Of a stretch of 26,931 nt of DNA, positions 1 through 8,932 are shown one piece after another; the first letter of the stretch is position 1; every line of letters begins with the position of its first letter. The translations under genes were made by a program, and so were the position numbers. The notes under the pieces were generated by a model. It was not told the DNA's origin, made no database searches, and was given only the letters and a program-made list of their open reading frames with translations. The stretch comes from Bacilli bacterium (GTDB taxonomy: Bacteria > Bacillota_I > Bacilli_A > RF39 > UBA660), in the NCBI GenBank assembly GCA_017460245.1, contig JAFUBK010000056.1, positions 1-26,931 on the forward strand, written 5' to 3'.

Positions 1-74
1 AAGAGTAGGTAGCTTTTAAAAAAAGTAAAAATATATTATAATATATATGTTTGAAAGATGTATGGTGGTATGAA

Positions 75-2606
75 ATGGAAAGAAAAGAAGTTAATCTTAA
101 TGATGTAACACCAATGATGAGACAGTATTTGGAAATTAAAAACGCTAACGAGGATTTGATTATCTTTTTTAGACTTGGAGATTTTTATGAAATGTTTTTT
201 GACGATGCGGTTACGGCTTCTAGAGAATTAGAACTTACTTTAACTGGGAAATCTGCGGGACTTGACGAAAGAATTCCAATGTGTGGTATTCCTTATCATT
301 CGGCTAGTGGGTATATTGATAAGCTTTTGGAAAAAGGATATAAAATTGGTATTTGTGAACAATTAGAAGATGCAAAGAATGTTAAAGGAATTGTTAAAAG
401 AGATATCACACAGATAGTGAGCTTGGGAACTGTTATGGATAGTGATACGATAAAATCTAATGATTTTAATTATATTGCGAATATTGTTGATTTTAAACAT
501 GCATATGGTGTTAGTTATGCGGATATTTCCACTGGAGAAATTTATGTTTTTTTGTTGGAACATAATACTTCAAAGGTTGTTAGTGAAGTTGTTAATTTAG
601 GTATTAAAGAAGTAATAATTGATAGTAAGGTTTCTAAGAATATTTATTCAATTTTGAAAAATCAGTTTCATATGACTGTGTCTATTACGGATGATATTAC
701 TGATAATTATAAAAAAATATATACTAATTTGGAAGATCAAAGATATATTCAAACGGTTAAACATTTAATTGCTTATATTGAAAATAATCAGAAACGTAGT
801 TTAGATCATTTACAACAAGTAATTGTGAAACAGCAGAAAGATTACTTAAAAATGGATGTTCATACGAAAAGGAATTTGGAATTAACAGAAACTTTACGAC
901 TTAAAGAACGCAATTTTTCACTTATATGGCTTTTGGACAAAACTAAGACAGCTATGGGAGCAAGATTACTTAAGAACTATATTTTGATGCCACTTACAGA
1001 TAAAAATGAAATTGAACAACGTTATGATACTGTTGAAACTTTATTAAAGGAGTTCTTACTTAAAAGTGATTTAGAAACATACTTAAATGAGGTTTATGAT
1101 TTAGAAAGATTGAGTGGACGAGTAGCTTTTGGAAGTGCAAATGCGCGTGATATGTTACAACTTAAAAATTCACTTAGTGTTTTACCTTTGATAAGTGATA
1201 TTTTAAAGCAAATTAGTTTTCACAAAACTTTAAAACCGCTTGATGATTTGTATGAATTACTTACAAAAAGTATTTATGAAAATCCGCCTATTGGAGTTAA
1301 GGAAGGTTATTTAATTAAAGAAGGGTTTAATAGCGAACTTGATGAACTTAAAGATTTGAGAAAAGGTGGTAAAGATTTTGTTGCACGTTTTGAAAAAGAA
1401 GAACGTGAAAAAACGGGAATTAAAAATTTAAAAGTTGGCTATAATAAAGTTTTTGGTTATTATATTGAGATAAGTAAAGGAAATATTAATTTAATTAAAG
1501 ATGAGTATGGGTATCAGAGGAAACAAACTTTGGCTAATTGTGAAAGATATATAAGTCCAATTTTAAAAGAAAAAGAAGCTTTGATTTTAAATGCGGAAGA
1601 AAAAATTATTGATTTGGAATATGAACTTTTTACAAATATTAGAAATGAAGTAAAAAAATATATTCCTGAACTTCAAGAAGCAGCTAAAATAATAAGCGAA
1701 ATAGATGTAATGCAGGCTTTTGCAACTGTTACAGAGCAAAACAATTATGTAAGACCGATTCTTACTGATAGGGAAATATATATAAAGGATTCTCGCCATC
1801 CAGTTGTTGAAAAGGTTATTGATACGGAGTTTGTAAGTAATGATATTATAATGGATAAAAAAACAAACATCTTATTGATAACGGGACCAAATATGGCCGG
1901 TAAATCAACTTATATGAGGCAAATGGCTTTGCTTTCAATAATGGCACAAATAGGATGTTTTGTTCCGGCTAAAGAAGCAAAAATACCTGTTTTTGATTCA
2001 ATTTTTACAAGAATTGGTGCGAGTGATGATTTGGTAAGTGGAGAGTCAACATTTATGGTTGAAATGATTGAAGCGAATAATGCGATTAGTAATGCTACTG
2101 ATAAAAGCTTGATTTTATTTGATGAACTTGGACGAGGTACGGCAACTTTTGATGGAATGGCTTTAGCGCAAGCTATTATTGAATATATAAGTACAAATAT
2201 TAAAGGAAAAACTTTTTTTTCAACTCATTATCATGAACTTACGGATTTAGAAAATACTTTAAGTGGACTTAAAAATATTCATGTAAGTGCTTATGAAGAA
2301 GACGGCAAAATAACTTTTTTACATAAAATAAAAGAAGGCAGTGTGGATAAAAGCTATGGTATTCACGTGGCACGGCTTGCTAATTTACCTGATAGTTTGA
2401 TTAAAAGGGCTGATGAAATTTTAAAGGTTTATGAAAACAAAGAGAAAAAAAGAGATATTAAAATTCAAGAAGCATTACCTCTTGATGATTTGATTTCTAA
2501 AACTTCTAAAGTTGAAGAAGAACTAGATAAAATTAATCCTTTGGAAATAACACCAATTGAGGCACTTAATATTTTGTATGAACTTAAAAAAATGAAAGGA
2601 GAATAG
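75..2606 (+). CDS. mutS: DNA mismatch repair protein MutS (MutS1)
   Basis: N-terminal TPMMRQY and FFRLGDFYEMFF mismatch-binding motif, P-loop TGPNMAGKSTYMRQ, DELGRGT, STHYHEL, SYGIHVA. ATG at 75 preferred over the TTG at 51. Confidence 0.98.
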   Translation: MERKEVNLNDVTPMMRQYLEIKNANEDLIIFFRLGDFYEMFFDDAVTASRELELTLTGKSAGLDERIPMCGIPYHSASGYIDKLLEKGYKIGICEQLEDAKNVKGIVKRDITQIVSLGTVMDSDTIKSNDFNYIANIVDFKHAYGVSYADISTGEIYVFLLEHNTSKVVSEVVNLGIKEVIIDSKVSKNIYSILKNQFHMTVSITDDITDNYKKIYTNLEDQRYIQTVKHLIAYIENNQKRSLDHLQQVIVKQQKDYLKMDVHTKRNLELTETLRLKERNFSLIWLLDKTKTAMGARLLKNYILMPLTDKNEIEQRYDTVETLLKEFLLKSDLETYLNEVYDLERLSGRVAFGSANARDMLQLKNSLSVLPLISDILKQISFHKTLKPLDDLYELLTKSIYENPPIGVKEGYLIKEGFNSELDELKDLRKGGKDFVARFEKEEREKTGIKNLKVGYNKVFGYYIEISKGNINLIKDEYGYQRKQTLANCERYISPILKEKEALILNAEEKIIDLEYELFTNIRNEVKKYIPELQEAAKIISEIDVMQAFATVTEQNNYVRPILTDREIYIKDSRHPVVEKVIDTEFVSNDIIMDKKTNILLITGPNMAGKSTYMRQMALLSIMAQIGCFVPAKEAKIPVFDSIFTRIGASDDLVSGESTFMVEMIEANNAISNATDKSLILFDELGRGTATFDGMALAQAIIEYISTNIKGKTFFSTHYHELTDLENTLSGLKNIHVSAYEEDGKITFLHKIKEGSVDKSYGIHVARLANLPDSLIKRADEILKVYENKEKKRDIKIQEALPLDDLISKTSKVEEELDKINPLEITPIEALNILYELKKMKGE

Positions 2607-2607
2607 C

Positions 2608-2772
2608 ATGAAAGATTTAGATTTTGAAGACATACAAACCTTTGTAAGTATGCTTAATGATGAAGAGTTTGATATGTTAAAAGAAGTCGTAGCTGAAAGA
2701 GAAATTGAAGATGAAGATACAGAGGAAACTTTAAAAGTAAAATTTTATGATTTAACGTTTAATTTAAAGTAA
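2608..2772 (+). CDS. Small acidic hypothetical protein (54 aa), not in the ORF track
   Basis: ATG 1 nt after the mutS stop, with AAGGAG at 2596-2601. Translates MKDLDFEDIQTFVSMLNDEEFDMLKEVVAEREIEDEDTEETLKVKFYDLTFNLK* and is followed by a terminator. Confidence 0.75.
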   Translation: MKDLDFEDIQTFVSMLNDEEFDMLKEVVAEREIEDEDTEETLKVKFYDLTFNLK

Positions 2773-2803
2773 GTGTACTTAATAAAGGTTACTTGCTTTT
2801 TTT
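2767..2803 (+). terminator. Probable intrinsic terminator of mutS plus small ORF
   Basis: aagtaa...ttactt stem followed by T-runs. Confidence 0.5.
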
Positions 2804-2821
2804 GCTTTTTTGTAATATTAT
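2793..2821 (+). promoter_or_regulatory. Sigma-A-like promoter for orphan paralog A
   Basis: TTGCTT-17 nt-TATTAT. Confidence 0.45.
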
Positions 2822-2847
2822 TAGTGTGGGAAATGTAGGAGGCTTTT

Positions 2848-3663
2848 ATGAAAGAAAATTTTTATGAGATAAAAAAGAAAATAATGCTTGCTAAAACAAA
2901 TAGCGAAAAAATTGAATTAATAAAATCTTATGTTTCTAATAGATTCGACGTAAATTTATATGAGGCACCTGAAAAAGGTGAAAATTTAGATAAAATATTA
3001 TTATGGACTGCTAAAGATTATCAAACATTTTGGGGTGGACTTGGAAAACTATTGAAATGGGCTGGAAGTTCTAGCGAAAGAGATGATTTGTTGAAACAGT
3101 GGCGTAATTGGGATATTGTAGTTGCAAAGCCATCATCACCTTATGAGAAAAAAGCATTTCAATTTTTGGAAGAATTGCAGCAAATGAGCGATGATGAAAA
3201 AATTGTTAAAATCGGATTTTTTTTTGATGAAAATTTTAAAGAAGGTTTAGATAATCTAGCTGATGAAATTAGCAAAGCTAAATTGTCACATAATGATTCA
3301 TATGAAAAAGAATTAAATGATTTGACTAAAAATTTGAAAATTGAAGAAGATTGGTTTAAAGAGCAAGCTATTTCGACTATTAAAGATCCTGATAAAAGAT
3401 TAAAAATGGCGAATATCGATTTTCATAATAAGGAAATGAGAGAAAAGACATTAGAAATGGCTATAGACTATTTAGAACAAACAAAAGGAATGACGGAAGG
3501 AAGTAAATTAGAAGAAGAAGTTTTAAGTGATTTTAAGAAGCAAGCAGCTGATTTAGAAAATTTAAGTACAGAAGAACTAATTAGTTTAAAGGCATTAATT
3601 CAAGAAGAATTAGTAAGAAGACAAAACTTTGAAATGAATCGGCAACAAGGAGTACAAAGGTAA
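2848..3663 (+). CDS. Hypothetical helical protein, tandem paralog A (271 aa)
   Basis: AGGAGG RBS before the ATG. Colinear with the 3775..4767 protein. No signal peptide, TM segment or recognisable motif. Confidence 0.9.
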   Translation: MKENFYEIKKKIMLAKTNSEKIELIKSYVSNRFDVNLYEAPEKGENLDKILLWTAKDYQTFWGGLGKLLKWAGSSSERDDLLKQWRNWDIVVAKPSSPYEKKAFQFLEELQQMSDDEKIVKIGFFFDENFKEGLDNLADEISKAKLSHNDSYEKELNDLTKNLKIEEDWFKEQAISTIKDPDKRLKMANIDFHNKEMREKTLEMAIDYLEQTKGMTEGSKLEEEVLSDFKKQAADLENLSTEELISLKALIQEELVRRQNFEMNRQQGVQR

Positions 3664-3718
3664 TAATTGTTGTGTAGAAAATTATATAGCAAAATCTTGT
3701 GATTTTATAAAAAATTCA

Positions 3719-3747
3719 TTGTCTTTTTGACTTGTTTGTGGTAAAAT
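3719..3747 (+). promoter_or_regulatory. Sigma-A promoter for orphan paralog B
   Basis: TTGTCT-17 nt-TAAAAT with extended -10 TG (TGGTAAAAT). Confidence 0.6.
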
Positions 3748-3774
3748 TTGTATAGAAATCATATGGAGGACTTT

Positions 3775-4767
3775 ATGAGAGAAAATTTTTATGAAACAAA
3801 AAAGAAAATAATGCTTGCTAAATCAGATAGCGAAAAAATTGAATTAATAAAATCTTATGCTTCTAATAGATTTAATGTAAATTTATATGAGCCACCTACA
3901 ACGAGTTATAATATGGATAATAAAGTTCAGTTTTGGACTGCTAAAGATTATGCAACACTTGAAGGTGAACTTGGAGGTTTACTTAAATGGGCTGGAAAGT
4001 CTAGTGAAAGAGATCAGCTATTAGAACAGTGGCATAATTGGAATATAAGGGTGCAATCGCCATCGGCTCTCTATGAAAAAGAGGCATTTCAATTTTTGGA
4101 TGAATTACAGCAAATGAGTGATGATGAAAAAATTGCCAAAATAGAAAAAGATTTTAATGAAATTTTTAAAGACGTTTTAGATTCATTAAATGAAAAAGTT
4201 CATAGAGCGTATTTGTCGCATGATCGTGTGTACGAAAAAGAATTAAACGATATGATTAAAGATGTTGAAATGGAAAAAGGTTGGTTTAAGGAGCAAGCTA
4301 TTGCGGCTATTAAAGATCCTGAAAAAAGATTAACAATGGCTAATGGTGAATTTTATAGTAAAGAAATGAAGAACAAAGCATTAGAAACAGCTACAGAATA
4401 TTTAGAACAAACAAAAAAATTATCTGCAGAGGCGAAGCAAGATGAGCAATCTTTAGAATCACAAGATTTACATGATTTGGAACAAAAACCTATTACTGAT
4501 AATTTTGAATTTTCTCCAGAAACCCGTGAATTGATTGATCAGGCTTCAGAGGTTAAGAAAGATTCAATAGACAGTTCTGCTTTAGAATCAGAGCCAATTC
4601 AAGCTGAATTAGAACAAGATCATATTAATGGTCAAGAATTTTCAGGTGTTGATTTATCTACTTTAAGTAATGAACAATTGATTGCGTTACAAACTGCTAT
4701 ATCTCAGGAAATGATAAATAGAATGCAAAGTATGGAAATGCATCAACAAGATAGTATGCAAAGGTAA
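3775..4767 (+). CDS. Hypothetical helical protein, tandem paralog B (330 aa)
   Basis: GGAGG RBS before ATG 3775. MRENFYETKKKIMLAK aligns with A's MKENFYEIKKKIMLAK. Carries an extra acidic segment before the shared C-terminus. Confidence 0.9.
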   Translation: MRENFYETKKKIMLAKSDSEKIELIKSYASNRFNVNLYEPPTTSYNMDNKVQFWTAKDYATLEGELGGLLKWAGKSSERDQLLEQWHNWNIRVQSPSALYEKEAFQFLDELQQMSDDEKIAKIEKDFNEIFKDVLDSLNEKVHRAYLSHDRVYEKELNDMIKDVEMEKGWFKEQAIAAIKDPEKRLTMANGEFYSKEMKNKALETATEYLEQTKKLSAEAKQDEQSLESQDLHDLEQKPITDNFEFSPETRELIDQASEVKKDSIDSSALESEPIQAELEQDHINGQEFSGVDLSTLSNEQLIALQTAISQEMINRMQSMEMHQQDSMQR

Positions 4768-4775
4768 GATGTTTT

Positions 4776-4807
4776 AAGAAAGTTTTTAAACTTTCTTTTT
4801 TTTTTGT
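4776..4807 (+). terminator. Intrinsic terminator after paralog B
   Basis: aagaaagttt/aaactttctt inverted repeat plus long T-run. Confidence 0.8.
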
Positions 4808-4815
4808 TCTAATTT

Positions 4816-4824
4816 TGTTATAAT
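4816..4824 (+). promoter_or_regulatory. Extended -10 promoter of phosphoketolase
   Basis: TGTTATAAT about 28 nt upstream of the ATG; RBS GAGGGG. Confidence 0.6.
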
Positions 4825-4851
4825 TGTAATAGGAATAAGAGGGGATATGTT

Positions 4852-7173
4852 ATGATTGAAGAAATTAAATTGTTAGATAAATATTTTAGAGCGGCTAATT
4901 ATTTATCTGCTTGTCAGCTTTATTTACTTGATAATCCGCTTTTAAAAAATACTTTAAAAAAAGAACATTTGAAAAAGAAAATAGTAGGGCATTGGGGAAC
5001 CGTGCCTGCGCAAAATTTTGTTTATACACATTTAAATAGGGTAATTAAAAAATATGATTTAGATGTTTTATATGTTTCTGGCCCTGGGCATGGTGGTAAT
5101 TTTTTAGTGGCTAATACTTATTTGGAAGGGACATATAGTGAGGTTTATCCTAATGTTACTGAAGATGTTGAAGGTTTAAAGAAGCTTTTTAAGCAGTTTT
5201 CTTTTCCAGGTGGAATATCATCTCATGCTGCTCCTGAGAATCCTGGTAGCATTCATGAAGGCGGGGAACTTGGTTATTCTTTAGCACATGCTTATGGTGC
5301 GGCTTTTGATAATCCTAATTTGATTGTGGCTTGTGTTATTGGTGATGGAGAGGCTGAAACAGGCCCTCTTGCTACATCTTGGCATTCTAATAAGTTTATT
5401 AATCCAAAAACCGATGGTACAGTAATCCCTATTCTTAATTTAAATGGTTATAAAATTAGTAATCCAACAGTTTTTTCAAGAATGAGCGATAAAGAATTAA
5501 TTGGTTATTTTTATTCTCTTGGATATAAACCATATTTGGTTCAAGGAGACGAACCTATTAAAATGCATACGTTAATGGCACATACTATGGATAAAATTGT
5601 TGAAGAAATTTTTAAAATTAAAAGCGGCGATGTTGATAAAGTTCTTTGGCCTATGATTATATTAAAAACTCCAAAAGGTTGGACTGGACCAAAAGTGGTT
5701 GACGGAAATCAAGTTGAAGGAACTTTTAGAGCTCATCAGGTTCCAATTTCTATCGATACGGATGAACATATTAAGCAACTTGAAGCATGGCTTAAAAGTT
5801 ATCACCCAGAAGAACTTTTTGATAAGAATGGAAAATTATTAGAAGAAATTAAAAATATTATTCCAACAGTAGAAAAGAGAATGGGCGCAAGTCCTTATGC
5901 GAATGGTGGATTATTATTAAAAGATTTGATTTTGCCTGATTTTAAGCAATATGCGGTTGATGTTCAAAAGCATGGACAAATAATGACTAGTGACATGTTA
6001 GAACTTAGTGGATTTATTAGAGATATATTTAAAAACAATCCTAATAATTTTAGAAGTTTTAGTCCTGATGAGGCTATGTCTAATAGATTGTATAAGATGT
6101 TTGAAGTTACTGAAAGATACTGGCAAAGTGATATTAGAGATACAGATGAACATTTAAGTTCTGAAGGTAGAATTATGGATTCTTATTTATCTGAACATAT
6201 GTGTGAAGGCTGGTTAGAAGGATATTTACTTACAGGAAGACATGGATTTTTTACTAGCTATGAGGCTTTTATAAATATTGTTAATTCTATGGTTTCTCAG
6301 CATGCTAAATGGCTTAAAGTTTGTGAGCAAATTTCTTGGAGAAGACCTATTGCTTCATTAAATTTACTATTAACATCTAACGTTTGGCAACAAGATCATA
6401 ATGGATTTACACATCAGGATCCTGGATTTTTAGATCATATTGCTAATAAAAAAGCGGGAATTGTAAGGATGTATCTTCCACCTGATGCTAATTGTTTACT
6501 TTCTTGTTTTGATCATTGTATTAGAAGTCGTAATTATGTTAATGTAATCATTGCTTCAAAACATCCAAGTTATCAATGGCTTTCAATGGATGAAGCTGCT
6601 AAGCATTGTACTAAAGGTATTGGTATTTGGCCTTGGGCTAGCAATGATGAGGATAATGAACCAGATGTGGTTATGGCTTGTTGCGGTGATACGCCAACAC
6701 TTGAAACGATGGCGGCCATTTCTATTTTAAATAAAGAACTTGCTGAACTTAAAATAAGGTGTATTAATGTAGTCGATTTGATGAAGTTAGAATCACCTAG
6801 CAAACACCCACATGCTCTTAGTGATGAAGAGTATGATTTGTTATTTACAAAAGATAAACCTATAATTTTTGCATATCATGGCTATCCAACTTTAATTCAT
6901 GAACTTACTTATTTAAGAAGTAATCATAATATATCTGTTCATGGGTATTTAGAAGAAGGAACTATAACAACACCTTTTGATATGCGTGTTCAAAATGAAA
7001 TTGATAGATTTCATTTGGTTTGTGATGTTATTTCACATTTACCAAATCAAGGTAGTAAAGAAGTTCATTTAATGGAAAAAATGAAAAATAAAATTATTGA
7101 ACATAATCTTTATATTCGTGAAAATGGTGAAGATTTGCCTGAAATTAAGAACTGGAAATGGGATGAAAAGTAG
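4852..7173 (+). CDS. xfp: Phosphoketolase (xylulose-5-P/fructose-6-P phosphoketolase, TPP-dependent)
   Basis: [29 protein letters not shown] motif GDGEAETG...[43 protein letters not shown]. Confidence 0.97.
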   Translation: MIEEIKLLDKYFRAANYLSACQLYLLDNPLLKNTLKKEHLKKKIVGHWGTVPAQNFVYTHLNRVIKKYDLDVLYVSGPGHGGNFLVANTYLEGTYSEVYPNVTEDVEGLKKLFKQFSFPGGISSHAAPENPGSIHEGGELGYSLAHAYGAAFDNPNLIVACVIGDGEAETGPLATSWHSNKFINPKTDGTVIPILNLNGYKISNPTVFSRMSDKELIGYFYSLGYKPYLVQGDEPIKMHTLMAHTMDKIVEEIFKIKSGDVDKVLWPMIILKTPKGWTGPKVVDGNQVEGTFRAHQVPISIDTDEHIKQLEAWLKSYHPEELFDKNGKLLEEIKNIIPTVEKRMGASPYANGGLLLKDLILPDFKQYAVDVQKHGQIMTSDMLELSGFIRDIFKNNPNNFRSFSPDEAMSNRLYKMFEVTERYWQSDIRDTDEHLSSEGRIMDSYLSEHMCEGWLEGYLLTGRHGFFTSYEAFINIVNSMVSQHAKWLKVCEQISWRRPIASLNLLLTSNVWQQDHNGFTHQDPGFLDHIANKKAGIVRMYLPPDANCLLSCFDHCIRSRNYVNVIIASKHPSYQWLSMDEAAKHCTKGIGIWPWASNDEDNEPDVVMACCGDTPTLETMAAISILNKELAELKIRCINVVDLMKLESPSKHPHALSDEEYDLLFTKDKPIIFAYHGYPTLIHELTYLRSNHNISVHGYLEEGTITTPFDMRVQNEIDRFHLVCDVISHLPNQGSKEVHLMEKMKNKIIEHNLYIRENGEDLPEIKNWKWDEK

Positions 7174-7199
7174 TTACGTATTATAGTAATTACTTTTTA
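7166..7199 (+). terminator. Intrinsic terminator after xfp
   Basis: aaaagtagttac/gtaattactttt stem. Confidence 0.7.
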
Positions 7200-7212
7200 A
7201 TTAAAGGAAAAC

Positions 7213-7241
7213 TTGACAAAAATTAATTTTGATGATAGGAT
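7213..7241 (+). promoter_or_regulatory. Sigma-A promoter of thioester adhesin 1
   Basis: TTGACA-17 nt-TAGGAT with extended TG. Confidence 0.65.
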
Positions 7242-7298
7242 ATCTTCCTGTAACGAGAGGTTTTTCATGATTGTTTATCTTTAGAAGGGGGAAAAAGT

Positions 7299-8810
7299 AT
7301 GAAAACACTTAAAAAAATTGCTGCCGGTGTGATTTCATTAGCTTTGGTTATTGCTATCACATTAGGTGTAGCTAGTGCTGCTACAGCACCAAGCTCAATC
7401 ACTGTAAAACGTGCGGAGGTTTTAAATGATATTATTACAAACCATGAACACGGATTTACAATTTTTACTACATCAGAAGGTCAATATATCTATTGTATGG
7501 ATGTTGATAAGAAAGCTTTAGTTTCTGGTCAAGTTGCAACTGCAGCTGGCAATGGGGATGCTGGATTACTTTACATTTTGCAAAATGGTTATCCTTACAA
7601 AACGATAACTGGTAATGATAATATTGATAAATACGTTACACAAGCTGCTGTTTGGTGGTATTTAGATGAAAATAAGCTATCTAACGAATTTAAAAATGCT
7701 ACAACAACTGACATTTATCAAGCTATTCCTAAATATATCAAACCATTAGTACAAGGTGCAAGAAGTGCTAAAGATACTCAGGCTACTCCAAGTATGAAGG
7801 TATCTACTGGTAATAGTGAACTTACTTTAACTAGTGATTCTAAATACTATGAATCAGAGTATATGAGTGCTACTTTAGTAAGTGCTAGTACTTATGAAGT
7901 GTCTTTAAATGGTGCTACTACTAATACTGCTATTGTTTCAGAAAGTGGAGAAGTTAAATCTACATTTAATTCTTCAGAAAAGTTTAAAGTAAGAGTACCT
8001 GCTTCAGAAGTAAGCTCTAAACTTAACATTACTGTTAACTTTAAAGCAACTGGATCAGTACAAAAAGCTAAAATTTTTAAACCTAGCGATGCTTCTTACC
8101 AAAGAGTTGTTGGATTATTTGATGAAGTTACAAGTTTATCTAATACTGCAAATTTAACTGTTACACCAGTTAAACACGTTTGTGAATATACAGATGGAAA
8201 ATACTATGGTAAAGCTGGTAACGAAGTTGATAAAAAGACTTACAACAAGGAATGTAAACACGTTTGTGAATATACAGACGGAAAATACTATGGTAAAACT
8301 GGTAATGAAGTAGACGAAAAAACATTTATTAAAGAATGTAAACACGTTTGTGAATATACAGATGGAAAATACTATGGTATCGAAGGAAAAGTAGTTGGTA
8401 AAAAAACTTACGAAAAAGAATGTAAGAAAACTTGTGAATATTCTGATGGAAAATATTATGATAAAAATGGTAAAGTAGTTGATGAGAAAACATTTAATAA
8501 AGAATGTAAAGAACAATTAACTTGTGCTGTTGTCGATGGAAAATATTATGATAAAAATGGTAATGTTGTTGGAGAAAAAACATATGCACAAGAATGTGGA
8601 TCTAAACATATTTGTGAATATACTGACAATAATTACTATGGATCAAATGGCCAAGTAGTTGATCAAGATACATTTAATAGGCAATGTGGTTTAGAAGTAG
8701 CAGTTCCAAATACTGGTTCTAACGTTTCACCAATTGCTGTAGCTTTAGGTATTGTCTTTATGGCTGCCGGAGCATATCTAATTGTTTACCGTAAAAATCA
8801 ATTGAGCTAA
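7299..8810 (+). CDS. Cys-Gln thioester-domain (TQXA/TED) surface adhesin 1, sortase-type VPNTG anchor
   Basis: Signal peptide ending VASA; YIYCMD (Cys codon 7494) and TQAAVWW (Gln codon 7641); beta-rich middle domain; six Cys-bounded repeats; VPNTG (8703-8717), hydrophobic helix, RK tail. Confidence 0.88.
   Translation: MKTLKKIAAGVISLALVIAITLGVASAATAPSSITVKRAEVLNDIITNHEHGFTIFTTSEGQYIYCMDVDKKALVSGQVATAAGNGDAGLLYILQNGYPYKTITGNDNIDKYVTQAAVWWYLDENKLSNEFKNATTTDIYQAIPKYIKPLVQGARSAKDTQATPSMKVSTGNSELTLTSDSKYYESEYMSATLVSASTYEVSLNGATTNTAIVSESGEVKSTFNSSEKFKVRVPASEVSSKLNITVNFKATGSVQKAKIFKPSDASYQRVVGLFDEVTSLSNTANLTVTPVKHVCEYTDGKYYGKAGNEVDKKTYNKECKHVCEYTDGKYYGKTGNEVDEKTFIKECKHVCEYTDGKYYGIEGKVVGKKTYEKECKKTCEYSDGKYYDKNGKVVDEKTFNKECKEQLTCAVVDGKYYDKNGNVVGEKTYAQECGSKHICEYTDNNYYGSNGQVVDQDTFNRQCGLEVAVPNTGSNVSPIAVALGIVFMAAGAYLIVYRKNQLS
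8171..8687 (+). repeat. Six 28-aa (84-bp) two-cysteine stalk repeats
   Basis: taaacacgtttgtgaatatacaga recurs at 8171, 8255 and 8339 (84-bp period), then three diverged units. Consensus KHVCEYTDGKYYGKxGxxVDxKTYxKEC. Confidence 0.95.
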
Positions 8811-8839
8811 AAATATGAGATTTAATCTCATATTTTTTT
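8809..8839 (+). terminator. Intrinsic terminator after adhesin 1
   Basis: aaaaatatgaga/tctcatattttt perfect stem plus T-run. Confidence 0.85.
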
Positions 8840-8883
8840 CTTAACACTGAAAATGTCAAATTAAATTGTTTCTCTTAAAATGA

Positions 8884-8912
8884 TTGTTATTTTTAAAAAA
8901 AATTGTTATACT
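8884..8912 (+). promoter_or_regulatory. Sigma-A promoter of thioester adhesin 2
   Basis: TTGTTA-17 nt-TATACT with extended TG. Confidence 0.6.
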
Positions 8913-8932
8913 ATAATTGGAGGATAAAAGGT

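Noticed and set aside
75-2606. Arginine codon reassignment (AGG to Met or CGG to Trp), as reported in some uncultured Bacilli
   Set aside because: AGG encodes the conserved Arg of TKRNLEL and TYMRQ in MutS, and CGG sits at the basic position of HVARLA.
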